From Eledone cirrhosa (lineage: Eukaryota): DNA of 64,000 bases. The DNA is taken from assembly GCA_964016885.1 (NCBI GenBank), contig OZ024741.1, positions 1,612,001 through 1,676,000 on the forward strand, written 5' to 3'. A program made the position numbers and the translations under genes. Positions 1 through 14,100 of the stretch are shown here, piece after piece. Each line of letters starts with the position of its first letter. Position 1 is the first letter of the stretch. The notes beneath the pieces are model-generated. The model made no database searches, was not told the origin of the DNA, and was given only the letters and a program-made list of their open reading frames with translations.

Positions 1-896
1 CAGAACACTGGCTGCCATATACAGCTACCAGAACACTGGCTGCCATATACAGCTACCAGAACAATGTCTGCCATATACAGCTACCAGAACAATGGCTGCC
101 ATATACAGTTACCAGAACAATGGCTGCCATATACAGCTACCAGTACACTGTTTGCCATATACAGCTACCAGAACAATGGCTGCCATATACAGCTACCAGA
201 ACACTGGCTGCCATATACAGCTACCAGAACACTGGCTGCCATATATAGCTACCAGAACACTGGCTGCCATATACAGCTACCAGAACACTGTTTGCCATAT
301 ACAGCTACCAGAACAATGGCTGCCATATACAGCTACCACAACACTGGCTGCCATATAGAGCTACCAGAACACTGTTTGCCATATACAGCTACCAGAACAA
401 TGGCTGACATATACAGCTACCAGAACAATGGCTGCCATATACAGCTACCAGAACACTGGCTGCCATGTACAGCTACTAGAACAATGGCTGCCATATACAG
501 CTACCAGAACACTGGCTGCCATATACAGCTACCAGAACACTGGCTGCCATATACAGCTACCAGAACAATGGCTGCCATATACAGCTACCAGAACAATAGC
601 TGCCATATACAGCTACAAGAACACTGGCTGCCATATACAGCTACCAGAATACTGGCTGCCATATACAGCTACCAGAACAATGGCTGCCATATACAGCTAC
701 CAGAACACTGGCTGCCATATACAGCTACCAGAACAATGGCTGCCATATACAGCTACCAGAACACTGGCTGCCATATACAGCTACCAGAACACTGGCTGCC
801 ATATACAGCTACCAGAACAATGGCTGCCATATACAGCTACCAGAACAATGGTTGCCATACACAGCTACCAGAACACTGGCTGCCATATACAGCTAC

Positions 897-3800
897 CAGA
901 ACAATGGCTGCCATATACAGCTACCAGAACAATGGCTGCCATATACAGCTATCAGAACACTGGCTGCCATATACAGCTACCAGAACACTAGCTGCCATAT
1001 ACAGCTACCTGAACACTGGCTGCCATATACAATTACCAGAACACTGGCTGCCATATACAGCTACCAGAACAATGGCTGCTATATACAGCTAACAGAACAA
1101 TGGCTGCCATATACAGCTACCAGAACACTGGCTGCCATATACAGCTATCAGAACAATGGCTGCCATATACAGCCACCAGAACACTGGCTGCCATATACAC
1201 TAACACAACAATGGCTGCCATATACAGCTACCAGAAGAATGGCTGCCATATACAGCTACCAGATCAATGGCTGCCATATACAGCTACCAGAACAATGGCT
1301 GCCATATACAGCTACCAGAACACTGGCTGCCATATACAGCTACCAGAACACTGTTTGCCATATACAGTTACCAGAAAACTGGATGCCATATACAGTTACC
1401 AGAACAAAGGCTGCCATATACAGCTACCAGAACACTGGCTGCCATATACAGCTACCAGAACACTGGCTGCCATATACAGCTACCAGAACAATGGCTGGCA
1501 TATACAGTTACCAGAACAATGGCTGCCATATACAGCTGCCAGAACACTGGCTGCCATATACCGCTACCAGAACACTGGCTGCCATATACAGCTACCAGAA
1601 CACTGGCTGCCATATACAGCTACCAGAACACTGGCTGCCATATACATCTACTAGAACACTGGCTGCCATATACAGCTACCAGAACACTGGCTGCCATATA
1701 CAGCTACCAGAACACTGGCTGCCATATAAAGCTACCAGAACAATGGCTGCCATATACAGCTACCAGAACACTCTTTGCCATATACAGCTACCAGAACAAT
1801 GGCTGCCATATACAGCTACCAGAACACTGGCTGCCATATACAGCTACCAGAACACTGGCTGCCATATACAGCTACCAGAACACTGTTTGCCATATACAGC
1901 TACCAGAACAATGACTGCCATACACAGCTACCAGAACACTGGCTGCCATATACAGCTACCAGAACAATTGCTGCCATATACAGCTACCATGGCTGCCATA
2001 TACAGCTACCAGAAAAATGACTGCCATATACAGCTACCAGAACAATGGCTGCCATATACAGCTACCAGAACACTGTTTGCCATATACAGCTACCAGAACA
2101 CTGTTTGCCATATACAGCTACCAGAACAATGGCTGCCATATACAGCTACCAGAACACTGGATGCCAAATACAGCTACCAGAACAATGGTTGCCATATACA
2201 GCTACCACAACACTGGCTGCCATATGCAGCTACCAGAACACTGTTTGCCATATACAGCTACCAGAAAAATGGCTGCCATATACAGCTACCAGAACACTGG
2301 CTGCCATATACAGCTATTAGAACACTGGCTGCCATATACGGCTACCAGAACACTGGCTGCCATATACAGCTACCAGAACAATGGCTGCCATATACAGCTA
2401 CCAGAACACTGGCTGCCATATACAGCTACCAGAACACTGTTTGCGATATACAACTATCAGAACAATGGCTGCCATATACAGCTACCAGAACACTGGCTGC
2501 CATATACAGCTACCAGAACACTGGCTGCCATATACAGCTACCAGAACACTGGCTGCCATATACAGATACCAGAACAATGGCTGCCATATACAGCTACCAG
2601 AACACTGGCTGCCGTATACAGCTACCAGAACACTGGCTGCCATATACAGCTACAAGAACACTGGCTGCCATATAGAGCTACCAGAACACTGGCTGCCATA
2701 TACAGCTACCAGATCAATGGCTGCCTTATACAGCTACCAGAACAATGGCTGCCATATACAGCTACCAGAACACTGGCTGCCATATACAGCTACCAGAACA
2801 CTGTTTGCCATATACAGCTATCAGAACAATGGCTGCCATATACAGCTACCAGAACACTGGCTGCCATATACAGCTACCAGAACACTGGCTGACATATACA
2901 GCTACAAGAACACTGGCTGCCATATACAGCTACCAGAACAATGGCTGGCATATACAGTTACCAGAACAATGGCTGCCATATACAGCTACCAGAACACTGG
3001 CTGCCATATACCGCTACCAGAACACTGGCTGCCATATACAGCTACCAGAACACTGGCTGCCATATACAGCTACCAGAACACTGGCTGCCATATACATCTA
3101 CTAGAACACTGGCTGCCATATACATCTACCAGAACACTGGCTGCCATATACAGCTACCAGAACACTGGCTGCCATATACAGCTACCAGAACAATGGCTGC
3201 CATATACAGCTACCAGAACATTCTTTGCCATATACAGCTACCAGAACAATAGCTGCCATATACAGCTACCAGAATACTGTCTGCCATATACAGCTACCAG
3301 AACACTGGCTGCCATATACAGCTACCAGAACACTGGCTGCCATATACAGCTACAAGAACACTGGCTGCCATATACAGCTACCAGAATACTGGCTGCCATA
3401 TACAGCTACCAGAACAATGGCTGCCATATACTGCTACCAGAACACTGGCTGCCATATACAGCTACCAGAACAATGGCTGCCATATACAGCTACAAGAACA
3501 CTGGCTGCCATATACAGCTACCAGAACACTGGCTGCCATATACAGCTACCAGTACACTGTTTGCCATATACAGCTACCAGAACAATGGCTTCCATATACA
3601 GCTACCAGAACACTGGCTGCCATATACAGCTACCAGAACACTGGCTGCCATATATAGCTACCAGAACACTGGCTGCCATATACAGTTACCAGAACACTGT
3701 TTGCCATATACAGCTACCAGGACAATGGCTGCCATACACAGCTACCAGAAAACTGGCTGCCATATACAGCTACCAGAACAATTGCTGCCATATACAGCTG

Positions 3801-6800
3801 CCATGGCTGCCATATAAAGCTACCAGAAAAATGACTGCCATATACAGCTACCAGAACAATGGCTGCCATATACAGCTACCAGAACACTGTTTGCCATGTA
3901 CAGCTACTAGAACAATGGCTGCCATATACAGCTACCACAACACTGGCTGCCATATACAGCTACCAGAACACTGTTTGCCATATACATCTACCAGAACACT
4001 GGCTGCCATATACAGCTACCAGAACACTGGATGCCATATACAGCTACCAGAAAAATGGTTGCCATATACAGCTACCACAACACTGGCTGCCATATGCAGC
4101 TACCAGAACACTGTTTGCCATATACAGCTACCAGAAAAATGGCTGCCATATACAGCTACCAGAACACTGGCTGCCATATACAGCTACCAGAACACTGGCT
4201 GCCATATACAGCTATTAGAACACTGGCTGCCATATACGGCTACCAGAACACTGGCTGCCATATACAGCTACCAGAACAATGGCTGCCATATACAGCTACC
4301 AGAACACTGGCCGCCATATACAGCTACCAGAACACTGTTTGCGATATACAACTATCAGAACAATGGCTGCCATATACAGCTACCAGAACACTGGCTGCCA
4401 TATACAGCTACCAGAACACTGGCTGCCATATACAGCTACCAGAACACTGGCTGCCATATACAGATACCAGAACAATGGCTGCCATATACAGTTAGCAGAA
4501 CACTGGCTGCCATATACAGCTACCAGAACACTGGCTGCCATATACAGCTACAAGAACACTGGTTGCCATATACAGCTACCAGAACACTGGCTGCCATATA
4601 CAGCTACAAGAACACTGGCTGCCATATACAGCTACCAGAACAATGGCTGGCATATACAGTTACCAGAACAATGGCTGCCATATACCGCTACCAGAACACT
4701 GGCTGCCATATACAGCTACCAGAACACTGGCTGCCATATACAGCTACCAGAACATTGGCTGCCATATACATCTACTAGAACACTGGCTGCCATATACAGC
4801 TACCAGAACACTGGCTGCCATATACAGCTACAAGAACACTTGCTGCCATATACAGCTACCAGAACAATGGCTGCCATATACAGCTACCAGAACATTCTTT
4901 GCCATATACAGCTACCAGAACAATAGCTGCCATATACAGCTACCAGAATACTGTCTGCCATATACAGCTACCAGAACACTGGCTGCCATATACAGCTACC
5001 AGAACACTGGCTGCCATATACAGCTACAAGAACACTGGCTGCCATATTCAGCTACCAGAATACTGGCTGCCATATACAGCTACCAGAACAATGGCTGCCA
5101 TATACAGCTACCAGAACACTGGCTGCCATATACAGCTACCAGAACAATGGCTGCCATATACAGCTACCAGAACACTCTTTGCCATATACAGCTACCAGAA
5201 CAATGGCTGCCATATACAGCTACCAGAACACTGGCTGCCATATACAGCTACCAGAACACTGGCTGCCATATATAGCTACCAGAACACTGGCTGCCATATA
5301 CAGCTACCAGAACACTGTTTGCCATATACAGCTACCAGAACAATGACTGCCATACACAGCTACCAGAACACTGGCTGCCATATACAGCTACCAGAACAAT
5401 TGCTGCCATATACAGCTACCATGGCTGCCATATACAGCTACCAGAAAAATGACTGCCATATACAGCTACCAGAACAATGGCTGCCATATACAGCTACCAG
5501 AACACTGTTTGCCATATACAGCTACCAGAACACTGTTTGCCATATACAGCTACCAGAACAATGGCTGCCATATACAGCTACCAGAACACTGGATGCCAAA
5601 TACAGCTACCAGAACAATGGTTGCCATATACAGCTACCACAACACTGGCTGCCATATGCAGCTACCAGAACACTGTTTGCCATATACAGCTACCAGAAAA
5701 ATGGCTGCCATATACAGCTACCAGAACACTGGCTGCCATATACAGCTATTAGAACACTGGCTGCCATATACGGCTACCAGAACACTGGCTGCCATATACA
5801 GCTACCAGAACAATGGCTGCCATATACAGCTACCAGAACACTGGCTGCCATATACAGCTACCAGAACACTGTTTGCGATATACAACTATCAGAACAATGG
5901 CTGCCATATACAGCTACCAGAACACTGGCTGCCATATACAGCTACCAGAACACTGGCTGCCATATACAGCTACCAGAACACTGGCTGCCATATACAGATA
6001 CCAGAACAATGGCTGCCATATACAGCTACCAGAACACTGGCTGCCGTATACAGCTACAAGAACACTGGCTGCCATATAGAGCTACCAGAACACTGGCTGC
6101 CATATACAGCTACCAGATCAATGGCTGCCTTATACAGCTACCAGAACAATGGCTGCCATATACAGCTACCAGAACACTGGCTGCCATATACAGCTACCAG
6201 AACACTGTTTGCCATATACAGCTATCAGAACAATGGCTGCCATATACAGCTACCAGAACACTGGCTGCCATATACAGCTACCATAACACTGGCTGCCATA
6301 TACAGCTACAAGAACACTGGCTGCCATATACAGCTACCAGAACAATGGCTGGCATATACAGTTACCAGAACAATGGCTGCCATATACAGCTACCAGAACA
6401 CTGGCTGCCATATACCGCTACCAGAACACTGGCTGCCATATACAGCTACCAGAACACTGGCTGCCATATACAGCTACCAGAACACTGGCTGCCATATACA
6501 TCTACTAGAACACTGGCTGCCATATACATCTACCAGAACACTGGCTGCCATATACAGCTACCAGAACACTGGCTGCCATATACAGCTACCAGAACAATGG
6601 CTGCCATATACAGCTACCAGAACATTCTTTGCCATATACAGCTACCAGAACAATAGCTGCCATATACAGCTACCAGAATACTGTCTGCCATATACAGCTA
6701 CCAGAACACTGGCTGCCATATACAGCTACCAGAACACTGGCTGCCATATACAGCTACAAGAACACTGGCTGCCATATACAGCTACCAGAATACTGGCTGC

Positions 6801-8123
6801 CATATACAGCTACCAGAACAATGGCTGCCATATACTGCTACCAGAACACTGGCTGACATATACAGCTACCAGAACAATGGCTGCCATATACAGCTACAAG
6901 AACACTGGCTGCCATATACAGCTACCAGAACACTGGCTGCCATATACAGCTACCAGTACACTGTTTGCCATATACAGCTACCAGAACAATGGCTTCCATA
7001 TACAGCTACCAGAACACTGGCTGCCATATACAGCTACCAGAACACTGGCTGCCATATATAGCTACCAGAACACTGGCTGCCATATACAGTTACCAGAACA
7101 CTGTTTGCCATATACAGCTACCAGGACAATGGCTGCCATACACAGCTACCAGAAAACTGGCTGCCATATACAGCTACCAGAACAATTGCTGCCATATACA
7201 GCTGCCATGGCTGCCATATACAGCTACCAGAAAAATGACTGCCATATACAGCTACCAGAACAATGGCTGCCATATACAGCTACCAGAACACTGTTTGCCA
7301 TGTACTGCTACTAGAACAATGGCTGCCATATACAGCTACCACAACACTGGCTGCCATATACAGCTACCAGAACACTGTTTGCCATATACAGCTACCAGAA
7401 CACTGGCTGCCATATACAGCTACCAGAACACTGGATGCCATATACAGCTACCAGAAAAATGGTTGCCATATACAGCTACCACAACACTGGCTGCCATATG
7501 CAGCTACCAGAACACTGTTTGCCATATACAGCTACCAGAAAAATGGCTGCCATATACAGCTACCAGAACACTGGCTGCCATATACAGCTACCAGAACACT
7601 GGCTGCCATATACAGCTATTAGAACACTGGCTGCCATATACGGCTACCAGAACACTGGCTGCCATATACAGCTACCAGAACAATGGCTGCCATATACAGC
7701 TACCAGAACACTGGCCGCCATATACAGCTACCAGAACACTGTTTGCGATATACAACTATCAGAACAATGGCTGCCATATACAGCTACCAGAACACTGGCT
7801 GCCATATACAGCTACCAGAACACTGGCTGCCATATACAGCTACCAGAACACTGGCTGCCATATACAGATACCAGAACAATGGCTGCCATATACAGTTAGC
7901 AGAACACTGGCTGCCATATACAGCTACCAGAACACTGGCTGCCATATACAGCTACAAGAACACTGGTTGCCATATACAGCTACCAGAACACTGGCTGCCA
8001 TATACAGCTACAAGAACACTGGCTGCCATATACAGCTACCAGAACAATGGCTGGCATATACAGTTACCAGAATAATGGCTGCCATATACAGCTACCAGAA
8101 CACTGGCTGCCATATACCGCTAC
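897..8123. repeat. Higher-order unit A (about 7.2 kb, 259 monomers), copy 1
   Basis: Rare variants recur at +7227 (1-bp deletion 'atacactaac' at 1200 and 8427; near-identical ORF 1100..1654 vs 8327..8881) and later at +7199 (ORF 4899 vs 12098, 5449 vs 12648). 7227 = 259x28 - 4x6 - 1. Boundaries are approximate to a monomer or two. Confidence 0.92.
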
Positions 8124-11100
8124 CAGAACAATGGCTGCCATATACAGCTACCAGAACAATGGCTGCCATATACAGCTATCAGAACACTGGCTGCCATATA
8201 CAGCTACCAGAACACTAGCTGCCATATACAGCTACCTGAACACTGGCTGCCATATACAATTACCAGAACACTGGCTGCCATATACAGCTACCAGAACAAT
8301 GGCTGCCATATACAGCTAACAGAACAATGGCTGCCATATACAGCTACCAGAACACTGGCTGCCATATACAGCTATCAGAACAATGGCTGCCATATACAGC
8401 CACCAGAACACTGGCTGCCATATACACTAACAGAACAATGGCTGCCATATACAGCTACCAGAAGAATGGCTGCCATATACAGCTACCAGATCAATGGCTG
8501 CCATATACAGCTACCAGAACAATGGCTGCCATATACAGCTACCAGAACACTGGCTGCCATATACAGCTACCAGAACACTGTTTGCCATATACAGTTACCA
8601 GAAAACTGGATGCCATATACAGTTACCAGAACAAAGGCTGCCATATACAGCTACCAGAACACTGGCTGCCATATACAGCTACCAGAACACTGGCTGCCAT
8701 ATACAGCTACCAGAACAATGGCTGGCATATACAGTTACCAGAACAATGGCTGCCATATACAGCTGCCAGAACACTGGCTGCCATATACCGCTACCAGAAC
8801 ACTGGCTGCCATATACAGCTACCAGAACACTGGCTGCCATATACAGCTACCAGAACACTGGCTGCCATATACATCTACTAGAACACTGGCTGCCATATAC
8901 AGCTACCAGAACACTGGCTGCCATATACAGCTACCAGAACACTGGCTGCCATATAAAGCTACCAGAACAATGGCTGCCATATACAGCTACCAGAACACTC
9001 TTTGCCATATACAGCTACCAGAACAATGGCTGCCATATACAGCTACCAGAACACTGGCTGCCATATACAGCTACCAGAACACTGGCTGCCATATACAGCT
9101 ACCAGAACACTGTTTGCCATATACAGCTACCAGAACAATGACTGCCATACACAGCTACCAGAACACTGGCTGCCATATACAGCTACCAGAACAATTGCTG
9201 CCATATACAGCTACCATGGCTGCCATATACAGCTACCAGAAAAATGACTGCCATATACAGCTACCAGAACAATGGCTGCCATATACAGCTACCAGAACAC
9301 TGTTTGCCATATACAGCTACCAGAACACTGTTTGCCATATACAGCTACCAGAACAATGGCTGCCATATACAGCTACCAGAACACTGGATGCCAAATACAG
9401 CTACCAGAACAATGGTTGCCATATACAGCTACCACAACACTGGCTGCCATATGCAGCTACCAGAACACTGTTTGCCATATACAGCTACCAGAAAAATGGC
9501 TGCCATATACAGCTACCAGAACACTGGCTGCCATATACAGCTATTAGAACACTGGCTGCCATATACGGCTACCAGAACACTGGCTGCCATATACAGCTAC
9601 CAGAACAATGGCTGCCATATACAGCTACCAGAACACTGGCTGCCATATACAGCTACCAGAACACTGTTTGCGATATACAACTATCAGAACAATGGCTGCC
9701 ATATACAGCTACCAGAACACTGGCTGCCATATACAGCTACCAGAACACTGGCTGCCATATACAGCTACCAGAACGCTGGCTGCCATATACAGATACCAGA
9801 ACAATGGCTGCCATATACAGCTACCAGAACACTGGCTGCCGTATACAGCTACCAGAACACTGGCTGCCATATACAGCTACAAGAACACTGGCTGCCATAT
9901 AGAGCTACCAGAACACTGGCTGCCATATACAGCTACCAGATCAATGGCTGCCTTATACAGCTACCAGAACAATGGCTGCCATATACAGCTACCAGAACAC
10001 TGGCTGCCATATACAGCTACCAGAACACTGTTTGCCATATACAGCTATCAGAACAATGGCTGCCATATACAGCTACCAGAACACTGGCTGCCATATACAG
10101 CTACCAGAACACTGGCTGACATATACAGCTACAAGAACACTGGCTGCCATATACAGCTACCAGAACAATGGCTGGCATATACAGTTACCAGAACAATGGC
10201 TGCCATATACAGCTACCAGAACACTGGCTGCCATATACCGCTACCAGAACACTGGCTGCCATATACAGCTACCAGAACACTGGCTGCCATATACAGCTAC
10301 CAGAACACTGGCTGCCATATACATCTACTAGAACACTGGCTGCCATATACATCTACCAGAACACTGGCTGCCATATACAGCTACCAGAACACTGGCTGCC
10401 ATATACAGCTACCAGAACAATGGCTGCCATATACAGCTACCAGAACATTCTTTGCCATATACAGCTACCAGAACAATAGCTGCCATATACAGCTACCAGA
10501 ATACTGTCTGCCATATACAGCTACCAGAACACTGGCTGCCATATACAGCTACCAGAACACTGGCTGCCATATACAGCTACAAGAACACTGGCTGCCATAT
10601 ACAGCTACCAGAATACTGGCTGCCATATACAGCTACCAGAACAATGGCTGCCATATACTGCTACCAGAACACTGGCTGCCATATACAGCTACCAGAACAA
10701 TGGCTGCCATATACAGCTACAAGAACACTGGCTGCCATATACAGCTACCAGAACACTGGCTGCCATATACAGCTACCAGTACACTGTTTGCCATATACAG
10801 CTACCAGAACAATGGCTTCCATATACAGCTACCAGAACACTGGCTGCCATATACAGCTACCAGAACACTGGCTGCCATATATAGCTACCAGAACACTGGC
10901 TGCCATATACAGTTACCAGAACACTGTTTGCCATATACAGCTACCAGGACAATGGCTGCCATACACAGCTACCAGAAAACTGGCTGCCATATACAGCTAC
11001 CAGAACAATTGCTGCCATATACAGCTGCCATGGCTGCCATATAAAGCTACCAGAAAAATGACTGCCATATACAGCTACCAGAACAATGGCTGCCATATAC

Positions 11101-14100
11101 AGCTACCAGAACACTGTTTGCCATGTACAGCTACTAGAACAATGGCTGCCATATACAGCTACCACAACACTGGCTGCCATATACAGCTACCAGAACACTG
11201 TTTGCCATATACATCTACCAGAACACTGGCTGCCATATACAGCTACCAGAACACTGGATGCCATATACAGCTACCAGAAAAATGGTTGCCATATACAGCT
11301 ACCACAACACTGGCTGCCATATGCAGCTACCAGAACACTGTTTGCCATATACAGCTACCAGAAAAATGGCTGCCATATACAGCTACCAGAACACTGGCTG
11401 CCATATACAGCTACCAGAACACTGGCTGCCATATACAGCTATTAGAACACTGGCTGCCATATACGGCTACCAGAACACTGGCTGCCATATACAGCTACCA
11501 GAACAATGGCTGCCATATACAGCTACCAGAACACTGGCCGCCATATACAGCTACCAGAACACTGTTTGCGATATACAACTATCAGAACAATGGCTGCCAT
11601 ATACAGCTACCAGAACACTGGCTGCCATATACAGCTACCAGAACACTGGCTGCCATATACAGCTACCAGAACACTGGCTGCCATATACAGATACCAGAAC
11701 AATGGCTGCCATATACAGTTAGCAGAACACTGGCTGCCATATACAGCTACCAGAACACTGGCTGCCATATACAGCTACAAGAACACTGGCTGCCATATAC
11801 AGCTACCAGAACAATGGCTGGCATATACAGTTACCAGAACAATGGCTGCCATATACAGCTACCAGAACACTGGCTGCCATATACCGCTACCAGAACACTG
11901 GCTGCCATATACAGCTACCAGAACACTGGCTGCCATATACAGCTACCAGAACATTGGCTGCCATATACATCTACTAGAACACTGGCTGCCATATACAGCT
12001 ACCAGAACACTGGCTGCCATATACAGCTACAAGAACACTTGCTGCCATATACAGCTACCAGAACAATGGCTGCCATATACAGCTACCAGAACATTCTTTG
12101 CCATATACAGCTACCAGAACAATAGCTGCCATATACAGCTACCAGAATACTGTCTGCCATATACAGCTACCAGAACACTGGCTGCCATATACAGCTACCA
12201 GAACACTGGCTGCCATATACAGCTACAAGAACACTGGCTGCCATATTCAGCTACGAGAATACTGGCTGCCATATACAGCTACCAGAACAATGGCTGCCAT
12301 ATACAGCTACCAGAACACTGGCTGCCATATACAGCTACCAGAACAATGGCTGCCATATACAGCTACCAGAACACTCTTTGCCATATACAGCTACCAGAAC
12401 AATGGCTGCCATATACAGCTACCAGAACACTGGCTGCCATATACAGCTACCAGAACACTGGCTGCCATATATAGCTACCAGAACACTGGCTGCCATATAC
12501 AGCTACCAGAACACTGTTTGCCATATACAGCTACCAGAACAATGACTGCCATACACAGCTACCAGAACACTGGCTGCCATATACAGCTACCAGAACAATT
12601 GCTGCCATATACAGCTACCATGGCTGCCATATACAGCTACCAGAAAAATGACTGCCATATACAGCTACCAGAACAATGGCTGCCATATACAGCTACCAGA
12701 ACACTGTTTGCCATATACAGCTACCAGAACACTGTTTGCCATATACAGCTACCAGAACAATGGCTGCCATATACAGCTACCAGAACACTGGATGCCAAAT
12801 ACAGCTACCAGAACAATGGTTGCCATATACAGCTACCACAACACTGGCTGCCATATGCAGCTACCAGAACACTGTTTGCCATATACAGCTACCAGAAAAA
12901 TGGCTGCCATATACAGCTACCAGAACACTGGCTGCCATATACAGCTATTAGAACACTGGCTGCCTTATACGGCTACCAGAACACTGGCTGCCATATACAG
13001 CTACCAGAACAATGGCTGCCATATACAGCTACCAGAACACTGGCTGCCATATACAGCTACCAGAACACTGTTTGCGATATACAACTATCAGAACAATGGC
13101 TGCCATATACAGCTACCAGAACACTGGCTGCCATATACAGCTACCAGAACACTGGCTGCCATATACAGCTACCAGAACACTGGCTGCCATATACAGATAC
13201 CAGAACAATGGCTGCCATATACAGCTACCAGAACACTGGCTGCCGTATACAGCTACAAGAACACTGGCTGCCATATAGAGCTACCAGAACACTGGCTGCC
13301 ATATACAGCTACCAGATCAATGGCTGCCTTATACAGCTACCAGAACAATGGCTGCCATATACAGCTACCAGAACACTGGCTGCCATATACAGCTACCAGA
13401 ACACTGTTTGCCATATACAGCTATCAGAACAATGGCTGCCATATACAGCTACCAGAACACTGGCTGCCATATACAGCTACCAGAACACTGGCTGCCATAT
13501 ACAGTTACAAGAACACTGGCTGCCATATACAGCTACCAGAACAATGGCTGGCATATACAGTTACCAGAACAATGGCTGCCATATACAGCTACCAGAACAC
13601 TGGCTGCCATATACCGCTACCAGAACACTGGCTGCCATATACAGCTACCAGAACACTGGCTGCCATATACAGCTACCAGAACACTGGCTGCCATATACAT
13701 CTACTAGAACACTGGCTGCCATATACATCTACCAGAACACTGGCTGCCATATACAGCTACCAGAACACTGGCTGCCATATACAGCTACCAGAACAATGGC
13801 TGCCATATACAGCTACCAGAACATTCTTTGCCATATACAGCTACCAGAACAATAGCTGCCATATACAGCTACCAGAATACTGTCTGCCATATACAGCTAC
13901 CAGAACACTGGCTGCCATATACAGCTACCAGAACACTGGCTGCCATATACAGCTACAAGAACACTGGCTGCCATATACAGCTACCAGAATACTGGCTGCC
14001 ATATACAGCTACCAGAACAATGGCTGCCATATACTGCTACCAGAACACTGGCTGACATATACAGCTACCAGAACAATGGCTGCCATATACAGCTACAAGA

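Noticed and set aside
17-22. TATA-box-like ATATAC in each monomer
   Set aside because: It does not match TATAWAW and there is no downstream gene; a chance AT run.
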